Below are positions 9,933 to 20,303 of a DNA stretch of 64,000 nucleotides, one piece after another. Every line of letters begins with the position of its first letter. The first letter of the stretch is position 1. Origin of the DNA: a virus; the IMG/VR virus record IMGVR_UViG_3300037722_000409, positions 28,322 through 92,321 of that record, one strand, 5' to 3'. The position numbers were made by a program, and so were the translations under genes. A model generated the notes under the pieces. That model did not search any database. It saw only the letters and a program-made list of their open reading frames with translations, and was not told the origin of the DNA.

Positions 9933-10466
9933 ATGTCCGAGCAAACCCCTCGCGAGATCCTGAACGATCTGGTGGCCACACACTTCAACCACGGCGACCC
10001 AGCCTTCTACGACATCACGTCTGATGAGCTGGACCTCTACAACCGCAAGAACAAGGACTACGCTGGGGGCGGGAACGACCCCAACGGCAACTTCAACCGG
10101 GTTGCAAACTTTTGGTCGATGTACCCCGGCATCTCCCTGAGCGACCCCCGTGTGGTCGCGCTCTCCCACGCCATGAAGCAGGTCGACCAGATCTGTTGGA
10201 GCCTGAGCCGCGGCTATGAGGGCGAGGTCGAGGGACTGGACCCCCGGTTCGCCGACGTCCACATCTACTTCAAGATCGCCCGGGTCATCAACCGTGGGAT
10301 CGCCAAGGCAGCAGCCGAGGCTAAACTTGAAGCCACCGCAGCCCCGAAAGGTTTTCATATCATCCTGGAAGAAGAGCAGAACATTCTCCCACCGTGCGTC
10401 TGCGGCTGCAGCGACGTCATCAGCGACGATGACGAGTATGACATCAACGGCGAAAGACTGTCCTGA
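9933..10466 (+). CDS. DUF1599/Nmad1-like nucleotide-modification-associated protein
   Basis: RKNKDYAG..DPNGNF and D...Y helical motif. Confidence 0.55.
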   Translation: MSEQTPREILNDLVATHFNHGDPAFYDITSDELDLYNRKNKDYAGGGNDPNGNFNRVANFWSMYPGISLSDPRVVALSHAMKQVDQICWSLSRGYEGEVEGLDPRFADVHIYFKIARVINRGIAKAAAEAKLEATAAPKGFHIILEEEQNILPPCVCGCSDVISDDDEYDINGERLS

Positions 10467-10819
10467 TGAAACTCTCAGCTCTGATATACCGTGGACAGCT
10501 GGTGGAGATCTCCCAGGTACCAGACAACTTCCAGTTCGGGGAGCACGGCAACCACTATCACATCCCGGTGCACGCGGCCAAAGAGCACCTGTGCTTGACC
10601 AATCCGATCATAAGTGAGGACAACAATGACAGTTCAGATATCCACGATCTGCGTTATTAGGGGCTGCAGCAACTCAGCCGTCTACTTCATGCGCCGGATA
10701 AAGAGGGACGGCACCTTCCAGGAAGGGCTGATGTGTCACCGGTGTGACGCTCGGTATGGCCGCGAGAACATGGCCGCCCTGGGTATAATGGAACAGAGCG
10801 ACAACGAGGAGGTGGAGTC

Positions 10820-11212
10820 ATCTTTAACTCAATAACAGTTACCGGGAACTTAGGTGCGAACCCAGAGATGCGCTACCTGCCCAACGGCACGGTCGTCACC
10901 AACTTCACCGTGTACGATCACTACAAGTACAGCAAGGGCCGTGAGGACATCACTCGGTTTCGCGTGGTGTTTTTTGGCAAGGTAGCAGAGCTGGCCAACG
11001 AGTTCCTCAGCAAGGGCGACCTGGTGGTCCTCTCGGGCCGCCTGCGCCTGGTGACCTTCACCGGCCGCGACGGAAAGGAGAAGACCTTCGCCGAGATCAT
11101 AGGTAACGAGTTTCGGTCTCTGACTCGTCGGCGCCAAGACGATGATGACGCCACTGAGCCAGACGGGGAGAGCTGGGCTCCCACAGCTGACGTCGACGAC
11201 CTCCCGTTCTAA
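10820..11212 (+). CDS. ssb: single-stranded DNA-binding protein (probable ATC start at 10820)
   Basis: FNSITVTGNLGANPEMRYLPNG...VVFFGKVAE..FLSKGDLVVLSGRL, with acidic tail DDLPF. Confidence 0.92.
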   Translation: MFNSITVTGNLGANPEMRYLPNGTVVTNFTVYDHYKYSKGREDITRFRVVFFGKVAELANEFLSKGDLVVLSGRLRLVTFTGRDGKEKTFAEIIGNEFRSLTRRRQDDDDATEPDGESWAPTADVDDLPF

Positions 11213-11238
11213 CCTCCACACCACGCTTCATTTAACCC

Positions 11239-11267
11239 CTACGCCGAGACTAGCAATCTCGGCGTAG
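11239..11267 (+). terminator. hairpin terminator after ssb
   Basis: CTACGCCGAGA/TCTCGGCGTAG 11-bp stem. Weak U-tract. Confidence 0.55.
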
Positions 11268-11288
11268 CTGTATCTTAGGGTTAAAAAC

Positions 11289-11344
11289 TGTTACATTCCT
11301 GTTACATTCTACCTATATACAACAGCGTGTCTAGGGTATATAGT
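11289..11344 (+). promoter_or_regulatory. promoter with upstream TGTTAC-N5-TGTTAC direct repeat (copy 1)
   Basis: TATACA-17-TATAGT. The element recurs at 15106 and 39944. Confidence 0.7.
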
Positions 11345-11401
11345 ATATATACAGTCAAAAAAGACCGGAGGAACCTACCAAAACAACCCGCACCAACGTC
11401 A

Positions 11402-11570
11402 ACATAAACGAGGTCTCCCGATACAGCCTCACCAAAGCAAATCGGGACGGTGGCAACCGTGACAGCCCGCGACACAGAACAGCGCGTTAACTGAGATGAC
11501 ACAAGAACACAGATCAGGATCTCATATGAAGCCGCTCGTGAGCCTTATGGATCAGGGGCGGTTTAAATGA
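11402..11570 (+). ncRNA. candidate structured ncRNA, copy 1
   Basis: Paralog at 15212-15375 with compensatory base changes. Lies downstream of a promoter with no credible ORF. Confidence 0.75.
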
Positions 11571-11599
11571 GGACCAAGATCTAAGCAAAGGAGAGTCGC

Positions 11600-11788
11600 A
11601 TGAGAATACCAGAGTCGACCCCCAATGAAATCTCTCAAATGCAAGCTGAGATAATCAAAGACATCGATCGCCTTACCGAGGAGCTCTTCGAAGCGCAAGA
11701 GGCCCTCGCGTACTTGAAAGACCACAAAAACGGCGACCACGCGGACCGGCACGATCTAAGTAAAGGAGAGTCACATGATAATACCTGA
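11600..11788 (+). CDS. small hypothetical protein (paralog of next gene)
   Basis: MRIPESTPNEISQM. RBS AAAGGAGAG. Confidence 0.7.
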   Translation: MRIPESTPNEISQMQAEIIKDIDRLTEELFEAQEALAYLKDHKNGDHADRHDLSKGESHDNT

Positions 11789-11960
11789 CGCCACTCCCGA
11801 AGAAATCACTCAAATGGTCGAAGAGTTGAAGGCTGCGTACGGGGCAGCAACCGACGCGGCCGCCGACGCCTTAGAAGCTATGGAAACCTTGTACGATCAC
11901 CGGTGTGGTAAGCACTCAACTAAACGTGATTTAATGTGCCTCGCCTGCGGGGCTGACTAA
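11775..11960 (+). CDS. small hypothetical protein (paralog of previous gene)
   Basis: MIIPDATPEEITQM. Duplicated RBS context. Confidence 0.7.
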   Translation: MIIPDATPEEITQMVEELKAAYGAATDAAADALEAMETLYDHRCGKHSTKRDLMCLACGAD

Positions 11961-13357
11961 GGAGGGCCACCAATGGACAAATTTACCTTGGAGTACACGC
12001 AAGCCATGGTACGGGAACTGTACAACGCGACCATGGACACTCTGAACACCCTACTGCCGAGCGAGCGCGACCTGCGCGCAGCTATCATAGCTGAGCGTCG
12101 AGCCTACGGTGTAGTCCTCGATAACATCAGAGCTTTACTGCTGGAGGTCAACTCTTAATGAACGCCACTCTCAAGCCCCACCGAGCCACGATCCTCAGTC
12201 TCCTGACCCACGTGCAAGAGTCCGGCAAGGCCTCTCGCTCGGATATGTTCCAGTACCTGCGCTCCACCACGCCCATGAGCACCAAGAACGTCAACAATCT
12301 GATAAACGACCTGATGGCGGACGGCGCCTTCACGGTCGCATGGAGGTAACAGATGTTACTCAAGCTCGTCGCCTTCGGGCTTTTCGCCTACGGGTTCTTC
12401 TCTGGCTGCGCCTACCTGATCAATAAGATCAACGCCGCGCACGCTGCGGAGGCTGCCAACGTGGAGGCTCTACTCCGGGCCGCTGGATTGAGCTAACATG
12501 GAACCCAAGAGGACCTGCCCGTGTGGGTTTGACCTGAGCTTGGTAAGGTGCACCGAGCTCTACGGCGTCAAGATGCACCGCCCAATAAATCCCCCGAAAG
12601 GAGAGTATTAGATATGGCGAACAAAGCGGAAGTCACCAACCTGGTAGCGGTCAACCTCTACGAGAGGGTCTTCAAGAGCGGCAGCACCGGCTTCTTTGGC
12701 CGGGTCGTCGATCCCGCGACCGGTAAGCAGTATCAGATCACCGCCGCCGTCGAGATCGGTACCAAGCCCAAGGCGGCCTAACTCGTCACCGTCCCAACTA
12801 ACTCGCAGGTGAACGACATGATTACCTTAGTCTAGCGCGTGACGCGCTCTCAGTATAAGTTTCACCTCTTAAACACCTCTTTATAAAGAGGGGCAAGTTT
12901 GAACAACACCAAGGGTGGCACCTGTCGGCTGGCAGGCACATAGCTCACCCACGGGCACGTTTGACTACTGATCACTGCCGCCTGCAACACGGCGGCACAA
13001 TTGAGCAGCCAAGCTAGGTAAGGAGCAACACATGAAGGACTCAAGCAAACACGTAAAGCGCTCCCTAAAGGTACTGAGCAATCGGCAACTGCAGCACCCC
13101 ATAATGCACCACTTCGTGGAAGACGTGAGCACTCACCAGTGTGAGAAGTGCCAGCTAGCGCGGAGCGCCCACTGCAAGTAGAAAAGGAGGAAACGCCATG
13201 AGTGTAAAGGGGGAGGCCAGGGCCAAGCGCCTCGACAGCAAGCGCGCCAATAGCCAGCCCCGCTCCAACCGCAAGGCCCTCATGGTCGGGATGTACGCCC
13301 GCCTGACCCGGTCTTTGAAGGAGGCGCGGCTGAGTAAAATTACACAAAAGGAGAGCA

Positions 13358-13744
13358 ATGGTTGATCTAAAGGGGCTCATAATCGGGGTGGTGGCTGGGT
13401 TTGCCTTCGCCCTCGTAGGGGTATACGCCTACAACATCCTGACGATCAATGGCACGGCCACCGGTGTAGAAGGCATCGAGGCGGACAAGCTCGTCTTCAC
13501 CGCGCAATTGTACCCCAACGAGACCGTGGTCGAGACCATCACGTTCACCAACCTCGGCAGCGAGGCTATAGACATCGACCTGAGTGACGTGGTCACCGGC
13601 CCTAACCCCAGCACCATCACGGTAGACCTGCCGGCGAAGCTCACGATACTGGGCGGCGGCACCAAGACCGCTGATGTGGAGATGGTGGCTAAGAACAACC
13701 TGGAGCCCGGCGAGTACAATATCCAGATTTTAGTAACACGGTAG
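13358..13744 (+). CDS. membrane-anchored beta-sandwich (Ig-like) protein
   Basis: N-terminal TM segment, then a beta-rich region ending PGEYNIQI. Confidence 0.6.
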   Translation: MVDLKGLIIGVVAGFAFALVGVYAYNILTINGTATGVEGIEADKLVFTAQLYPNETVVETITFTNLGSEAIDIDLSDVVTGPNPSTITVDLPAKLTILGGGTKTADVEMVAKNNLEPGEYNIQILVTR

Positions 13745-13756
13745 GAGGTAAACAAC

Positions 13757-14368
13757 ATGGGTTGGTGGAAAACGGACTTCGACATTTCCATAGGCGACGA
13801 GCCGGCCGACATCGTAGGCTCTGGCTTGGAGGCTCTCCTGGCAGAGTGTCAGCTGAGGATCCCTGGGTTCACCGAGGATCAGTTCATGGCTACGGTGTCA
13901 TTCGTGGCCGGTGGTATTCCCTGCGGGTACTCCCTGGACCTAGCTCAGAGGGGCCTAACAGAGCTACCCATGGACTACGACTTCAACTCTCCGACGGCTG
14001 AACTTACCCCAGCACTCGGCTCCTCCCAGACCTTGGGGTTTCCAGCTACTGAAAAGTGGATCGACACCTACGAATACACCGGGGGTGAACTCTTAAAAGT
14101 GTCTCGGCTCACTACCGACGCCCCTGACATGGAACTTGACGAGCTGGTACAGAGCATCAAGGCAGAGATCATGGCTGATATCAGAGACGATATCCTGCCA
14201 CGGTACGTGGGCAGCTTTGAGGAGCTCAACGACTCGGTTGACGCCTGGGAGTACGGCGATTTGACTAACACCAGTGAAGACCTGCGCCAGCTCACCCTCG
14301 CAGAGGTGAACTACATCCACGGCAAGATTGACTACTGGCTGCAGGGTCAGCCCGGGATCGAAGAGTAA
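13757..14368 (+). CDS. acidic hypothetical protein
   Basis: Strong RBS AGGAGG. Confidence 0.6.
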   Translation: MGWWKTDFDISIGDEPADIVGSGLEALLAECQLRIPGFTEDQFMATVSFVAGGIPCGYSLDLAQRGLTELPMDYDFNSPTAELTPALGSSQTLGFPATEKWIDTYEYTGGELLKVSRLTTDAPDMELDELVQSIKAEIMADIRDDILPRYVGSFEELNDSVDAWEYGDLTNTSEDLRQLTLAEVNYIHGKIDYWLQGQPGIEE

Positions 14369-15079
14369 AGGGTTCCTGCCCCCTGGGTGAGATTACAAAT
14401 CGGAGGATCGTATGAACATCACCACGAAAACCATGCTTGCCACCGCCTTGGCCACCCTTGACAGCTCAGCTGACTTCCGAGAGGCCAACACCATGTTCAA
14501 TATGGCGCACCGCGCGCTGCAGGCACGAGCTCGCGGCCAGTTCCACGTGGGAGACGCGGTCAAGTTCACCGACAAGTCCGGTCAGGTCATCACCGGCCTA
14601 GTGGCCGCCATCAACCCGAAGAACATCAAGGTGAATCAGTTCCACCATGTACCCGGAGAACTTCCGACCCGGTGGAACGTCACTCCGTCCTTACTGACGC
14701 CCGCGGGTGCACGGTGAAGAAGCTGACCTCAACTGAGTCACTGAAAGCGATGACTCGGATCATCGAGGCGCTCACCACCATACGGGAGGAGTCCAACCAC
14801 TTTCACCGGCACCGCTACGAACTGAACATGCACACCCGAGACCTGGTTGCCCACATTAACACCATCCGAGAGACCTACGGGCTCTTACCTTTTGAGGAGG
14901 ACCCAACCGATGGCAAACTCTAGAATCTGCACCCCCTGCTCCAAGGGCTCCAACAAGAACTGCCAGAAGCGGTTCGCCGCTCCCTCCAACCGGACCGAGC
15001 TTACCCACGGGCAGCAGCCCAGGCGGCCCCTCTACTCCTACAAGTGCCCCAACGCCCCTAAGTCCTAGCCTCCGCAGTC

Positions 15080-15100
15080 AGGGCGCCTTATGGCGCCCTT
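15080..15100 (+). terminator. hairpin terminator before the second promoter/ncRNA unit
   Basis: AGGGCGCC-TTAT-GGCGCCCT. Confidence 0.5.
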
Positions 15101-15105
15101 CAAAC

Positions 15106-15161
15106 TGTTATCTTCCTGTTACTTTAGGCCTATATACATTAGCACCCTACGGGTATATGAT
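15106..15161 (+). promoter_or_regulatory. promoter with TGTTAT-N5-TGTTAC direct repeat (copy 2)
   Basis: TATACA-17-TATGAT. Confidence 0.7.
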
Positions 15162-15211
15162 ATATCTACGGTAAAGAACAGGGAGCCAACAGTCAACAGT
15201 ACTTAAGCCAC

Positions 15212-15375
15212 ACATAGACGAGGTCGCTCGATACAGCCTCACCAAATCAAATCGAGCCGGTGGTCAACGTGAAGACCCGCGACAGAGAACAGCGCGTTAA
15301 CTGGGAGGCCACAAGAACACAGGATCAATTCCGCATATGAAGCCAACGAGCCTTACGGATCGCCGGCTTAAGTGA
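15212..15375 (+). ncRNA. candidate structured ncRNA, copy 2
   Basis: Aligns to 11402-11570 with covarying stems. Confidence 0.75.
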
Positions 15376-17402
15376 GCAATGGATTACAAGGAGCCTTAAA
15401 TGGTTACATTTTCTTACGAGCAGCGACGGTGATTGTAATCACGGTCGAGCTTTGGCCGGGTGGCAGAGAGTCTCAAAAACGGACTCTGGCGACAGCCACC
15501 ATAACAAATGACGGCACGGGAACCAAGACCACTGGCAACTACCGGTACAAGCTTAGCGGTGCTAACGGGACCCCTATGAAGAAGGGTATAGGGAGAGTGC
15601 TTGGCTTTGCGCGCAAACGCAAGCATGTTTGGGAGCTTACGCACGCGGTTCTTCAAAATATATATAGCCCGGAGGTAAGTACTCATGGAAAAGTCTGAGA
15701 TCGTAGAGCGTCTCTTGGAGATCCGAGATGAGGTCAGCACCTTGGTTAACGAGGCGGCTGACATGCTGCAGCACACGAATGCCTACAGTCGAGCAGACGC
15801 CTACTGGCTGGCACAGATGCAAGCGGCCCTCGGCAACAGCGGGCGAGAGATGTGCACCATAGTAGACACCATCGACGCACTTTCTCCCCACGTGTGCTCA
15901 CACTGCGGCCACACGTACGAGTTCGACTACTGCGAACGAGAGACCTGCTACTAAACTGCCAGCTGGTCAAAAATCAGTGAACTAAAGGAAGCTTACATGA
16001 TCAAGATATACGAGACCGAGTTTCCGCGAGAATACTGGCCCTCTGACGAGGAGGTAGCTCTCATGGAGCACGCTGGGCTAGAGGACAGTAGCTGGCACAA
16101 TGAGGCGTGCTGCAGCTGGAGTGACTACATGAAAGAGATCCAGCTCTTCATCCACCCAGTCGAACCCAAAGACCACGAGTACCCCAACCCGTTTCGGATC
16201 CACATCTTGACCATACGTGACGACCAGGACACCGAGTCGTTGCTCAGCACCAACAGCCTTGACGAGGCGCTGGCGTTCATAGTCAAGTACTGATGTACAA
16301 CGCCACCGTCTTCGAGCTTAAGGCCGACACGAAGGGCAGCATGCGAATTGCCCAGGTCTTTCTAGCGGAGCTCGACAACAAGGGGCGGATGACACGCTCG
16401 TCCGCCCTACAGAACACCGGCCTCGAGGGCAGCCACGCGTACCACAAGCACTTTCTTAGTGTTCACCCCGGCTCCACTCTCGAGATAACGTTAGACGGGG
16501 GTCTAGGATACGAGTCCATGGTTAACGGGGGCGTACCTCAAAAGTCGCCCCAGTGCACCTCTATCTCGTATAGACGAGCCCATCCACGTCCCCACCCCAG
16601 CAAGCCACGAGACACGGATACCGATTAAATTTACACGGAGGACAAGTATGACCACGCCAGAAGTAATCAAGCCCGCGGTGCAGCTCAGTGGACAGGACGG
16701 AAACGTATTCAATCTTATCGGCCTGGCGGCCAAAGCCCTCAAGAGGGCTGGCTTGAAGCAGGAGGCCAGCGACCTCACCAGCCGCGCCTTTAAGGCGGAC
16801 AGCTACGGAGCTGTTCTCGAGCTGATCGCGGAGTACTGCGAGGTCAGCTAACCAGACACAAGACAGGGGGGTGACTTGCATGGAGCCGTTTATCATCTTT
16901 CCATACAGCGTGCGCGGCAAGGTGTTCGTGGAAGCCTACCCCCTCAAGGACCGCCCTGAGCCGATTCAAGCTCTGGCCCCTATTGGGAGTATAATAGTGT
17001 ATGCTCCCTCGCGCAACAACGCGCGCCGGCAAGCCTACACTCGGTGGATTCGCTCTGACGGGGCAGGCTTCAACAAGTTTTCACGGTCACCATGGGACAT
17101 CACGTTTAAGGAGGCACATCATGGCTAGCGGCTACTACCCGCCAGGGGTCACCGGCAACGAGTACGCCATATCTGGCCCGGACTACGAGCAAGAGATCGA
17201 CGGTGAGTGTCCTCACTGCGGGGAATCGGCTCTCATGGAGATAGGATACCGGCACGAGGCGTGGGTCACCTGCACCATGTGTGGTAAGCTGCCAACCGAT
17301 CCCCTCAGCCCCGAGCGCCAAGAGGAGCTCTTCAACCTGTAGAAGGCTCTCAGCCTTTTACGGACTCCTCCCAATGTGATATGATAGCAGGAGGCAGCCA
17401 CC

Positions 17403-18071
17403 ATGAAGTTTGGACGCAAGCCCCCAGCGTGCGAAAAGTGCGGGTATACCAAGTACACCGAGACCTGCCGAACTTGCCCATCAAAAGACGAGGTAGCCAT
17501 GAGTGACAACAGCAACTGTGAGCGGTGCGGCCGCTCTATCGCTTTTAACTCCGGCCTTGGCTCATGGGAGCACCACGAGCGCGGCATCACCGACCACGAG
17601 GCCAAGCTCGACTTGACCGAACGTGACAACAACAACGAGTTCATGCCAGCAGCGCTGTCGGCCCCGGTCGTGAAGGCGAGCCTTCGTTGCCCAGACTGCG
17701 CAGAGCCAGTCACTAAGCTGAACACTGGAGGGTACGTCCACGACTACGCGGCCATCGGCGAGAAGCTAGCCTACATGAAACCCAGCGTGGTCATGGCCAA
17801 TCCCGTCTTGATAGACGACTCATGCGCGGAGATAATGGTGACCGCTGAGGTGGGATCGTACGACACAACGGAGCTCGTCCCTATGGACCACCGCGTACCT
17901 GTAAACGCGACCATTAAGTTCGCCGCGGTCAACGCCGCTATGGTCGTATACTTTCAGGAAGAGCTAGACCGAAGTCCCGACTGGGTTGAGAGAGACTGGG
18001 CCACGGTACGCTGGCACGGTGAGCGTCAGCGGTGCGGGTGCCCAACCTGCCGCTACCACTTCGGAGAGTAG
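17403..18071 (+). CDS. Cys-rich (multiple CxxC) hypothetical protein
   Basis: CEKC, CRTC, CERC, CPDC, CPTC. Promoter TTTACG-17-TATGAT and an RBS upstream. Confidence 0.6.
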   Translation: MKFGRKPPACEKCGYTKYTETCRTCPSKDEVAMSDNSNCERCGRSIAFNSGLGSWEHHERGITDHEAKLDLTERDNNNEFMPAALSAPVVKASLRCPDCAEPVTKLNTGGYVHDYAAIGEKLAYMKPSVVMANPVLIDDSCAEIMVTAEVGSYDTTELVPMDHRVPVNATIKFAAVNAAMVVYFQEELDRSPDWVERDWATVRWHGERQRCGCPTCRYHFGE

Positions 18072-18108
18072 GATTTACTTATCCAGGTCCACAGGTTACA
18101 ATAGACTG

Positions 18109-18576
18109 GTGCACTCACTCTATATAGAGGTCAACACCGCGCCGAAGCCGAAAGGCTCGGTCAGCGCTTTTCCCTTCAAGCGCAAGAACGGAAAGATGGG
18201 CGTCTCGGTGGTACACTCGAAGGACAGCAAGGACTTCGAGAAGGTGCTCCGAGAACACCTGTCGGACCTTGCGGTCATCTCAGGCCCAGTCGCTGTCGAG
18301 CTCTGGTTCTGGATCGAGAAGCCCAAGACTGTCTCACGTCCTTACCCGTCGGTACCAGGAGACATCGACAAGCTCACGAGGTCTGTCCTTGACGCCCTCG
18401 ACCACAACTGGGAGGACGACTCACGGGTCGTCGACCTGCACGCGTATAAGCGGTACGCGTCCGAGGCTCACCCAGTGGGAGTGTGGGTCTACGTACGGGA
18501 GAAGGACAGCGCTGAACTTACCCTAGAGGACCATGAGCCCACACGACGTCAGCGAGCCACCGAGGCGACACCGTAG
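18109..18576 (+). CDS. rusA: RusA-family Holliday junction resolvase
   Basis: PKPKGS...GPVAVELWF...GDIDKLTRSVLDAL...WEDDSRVV. Leaderless GTG after TACAAT. Confidence 0.88.
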   Translation: MHSLYIEVNTAPKPKGSVSAFPFKRKNGKMGVSVVHSKDSKDFEKVLREHLSDLAVISGPVAVELWFWIEKPKTVSRPYPSVPGDIDKLTRSVLDALDHNWEDDSRVVDLHAYKRYASEAHPVGVWVYVREKDSAELTLEDHEPTRRQRATEATP

Positions 18577-19632
18577 ATGACCAGTGTACTACAGGACCCC
18601 AGTAAGATCGTCAAGACTCCAGCAGGCGGCCCACCTAAGGCCGGTCTTATCTGGAGCCCGACCCGTCACCGGTGGGTAAAGCCCCGAGCAGGTGCTCCTG
18701 GGCTACACTCTCCCATAAACCCCGGCCTGCTCGCCACCATGAGTGACACCGAGCTGGATAAGCTCCGGTCAGACACCCGCAAGCAGCTTACCACTGAGAC
18801 CCGGCAGTACCAATTTAACGACCTAACCCGCGTAATGAGGCAGATAGTGAACGAGAGCAAGAAACGGCAAGTGAACCTGGTCTTGAAGAAGGCCGTCAAG
18901 CTAAGCAAGCGCCTGGCAGCCCAGGGAGCCTTGGACGGCACGGAGCTGCTGCTTAAGGGCATGACCTTAGAGGCAGCCATTCCCCTGGAGCAGATCAGGG
19001 GCGACCTCGCACGGGCGGGACACATGGTGAAGAGCATCATCGCGCTCGATCCCGAGTCGCGCATCATCTTCTTCATGGACGGAGACAACTCACCACGGTA
19101 CTGCAGCTTCGCCGGCCCCAACCAGGGATTCTCCATACAGAAGGTCGGGTACCAGACCGAGATCGCTAAGGAGTATGACCCCGTGGACCTGGAGCCTGAC
19201 GACAGTGAGGAAAAGGCCAGCACCGAGCACGAGGAGCGCGAGTACGACGAGGACCAGAAGCCTGGCATCCTGCCCTCCGGCACCCCTGGAGAGAAGGACG
19301 AACACGACGAGAAGTACTACGAGGACCATGGCCACTTTGGCGAGGGCCTCGGCGACGAGGGCTTCAGCACCGAGAGCCGGCACACCGGACGACGTGACGA
19401 GATCAAGGGTGTCATGGAGCGACTTGAGGGCATTATAAACAAGCTCGCCCCACGTCCTGGCCTGGTGCCACAGACCGGCAATCCGGAGCACCCCGGTCGC
19501 TGGGTCAAGAACCCCAACGAGCGTGGGTCCAACGCCCGGCCGTTCAACCCAGAGGACCAGAGCATCGAGGATCGTCTCGCGCACATCGACTCGATAATTG
19601 ACAGCAGGCGCGCAAAGGAACCCACCCTGTAA
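18577..19632 (+). CDS. acidic protein carrying two copies of the PPRPGL...RW tag
   Basis: GPPKAGLIWSPTRHRWVKP and KLAPRPGLVPQTGNPEHPGRWVKNP. Confidence 0.7.
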   Translation: MTSVLQDPSKIVKTPAGGPPKAGLIWSPTRHRWVKPRAGAPGLHSPINPGLLATMSDTELDKLRSDTRKQLTTETRQYQFNDLTRVMRQIVNESKKRQVNLVLKKAVKLSKRLAAQGALDGTELLLKGMTLEAAIPLEQIRGDLARAGHMVKSIIALDPESRIIFFMDGDNSPRYCSFAGPNQGFSIQKVGYQTEIAKEYDPVDLEPDDSEEKASTEHEEREYDEDQKPGILPSGTPGEKDEHDEKYYEDHGHFGEGLGDEGFSTESRHTGRRDEIKGVMERLEGIINKLAPRPGLVPQTGNPEHPGRWVKNPNERGSNARPFNPEDQSIEDRLAHIDSIIDSRRAKEPTL

Positions 19633-19683
19633 CCTGGGTATAATATAGCGCACGCCCGAGAAAGACGGGCAAACTGTATGACG

Positions 19684-19716
19684 GAGGGCGATCGAAAGGT
19701 CGCCCTTTTACTTTTT
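19684..19716 (+). terminator. intrinsic terminator
   Basis: GAGGGCGATC-GAAA-GGTCGCCCTT followed by a T-tract. Confidence 0.75.
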
Positions 19717-19790
19717 ACAGGCAAATCAGTACCGAGTAGACTAGAGTACAATACAACCTGGGGTATTCACAACAATAGGAGAGATTAGGC

Positions 19791-20267
19791 ATGATTCTAG
19801 AGAAGATCATCAGTGGAGGACAAACCGGGGCTGATGAAGGCGGGCTGCAAGCTGCGTTTCTCGAGCACGTTACGACCGGAGGAACCGCGCCAAGAGGATA
19901 CCGCACCGATATCGGTGAGGCTACTCTAACACTTCGCGATAAGTACGGCCTCGCGGAGCACTCTTCCCCGCTGTACCCGCCGCGCACGAAGAAAAACGTG
20001 CACGACTCGGACGGCACCGTCATATTTGGTGACCCGACCAGTCGTGGGTCTAAGCTTACCATCCGCTACTGCGAGACTGCCAACAAGCCCTACATCGTGC
20101 TACGAGCAGACCTGGGAAACCTTCTAGCCCAGTTCATCCTCGACAACCAGGTAAAGGTACTGAACGTCGCCGGCAACCGTGCAAGCACCGATCCCGACGT
20201 GTTCCGAGTCGCGGTAACCTCTGTACGCGGGGCCATCCGCATACTCCGCACCGCTGACCTCAGCTGA
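19791..20267 (+). CDS. SLOG-family 'putative molybdenum carrier' (cpYpsA-like) protein
   Basis: KIISGGQTGAD, RTKKNVHDSDGT, LNVAGNR. Confidence 0.85.
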   Translation: MILEKIISGGQTGADEGGLQAAFLEHVTTGGTAPRGYRTDIGEATLTLRDKYGLAEHSSPLYPPRTKKNVHDSDGTVIFGDPTSRGSKLTIRYCETANKPYIVLRADLGNLLAQFILDNQVKVLNVAGNRASTDPDVFRVAVTSVRGAIRILRTADLS

Positions 20268-20303
20268 GTACAATATAACACGAGCAGCAAGGAGGCTTAT
20301 CAC

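Noticed and set aside
11402-11570. Assignment of the duplicated RNA to hammerhead, c-di-GMP, SAM or T-box families
   Set aside because: I could not find their conserved cores (for example CUGAnGA...GAAA).
17986-18108. N-terminal extensions given by the ORF track for RusA (also ORFs 5767, 6917, 46643, 52999)
   Set aside because: Most overlap upstream genes. Downstream starts (18109, 5797, 7103, 46763, 53029) have better promoter, SD or coupling support.
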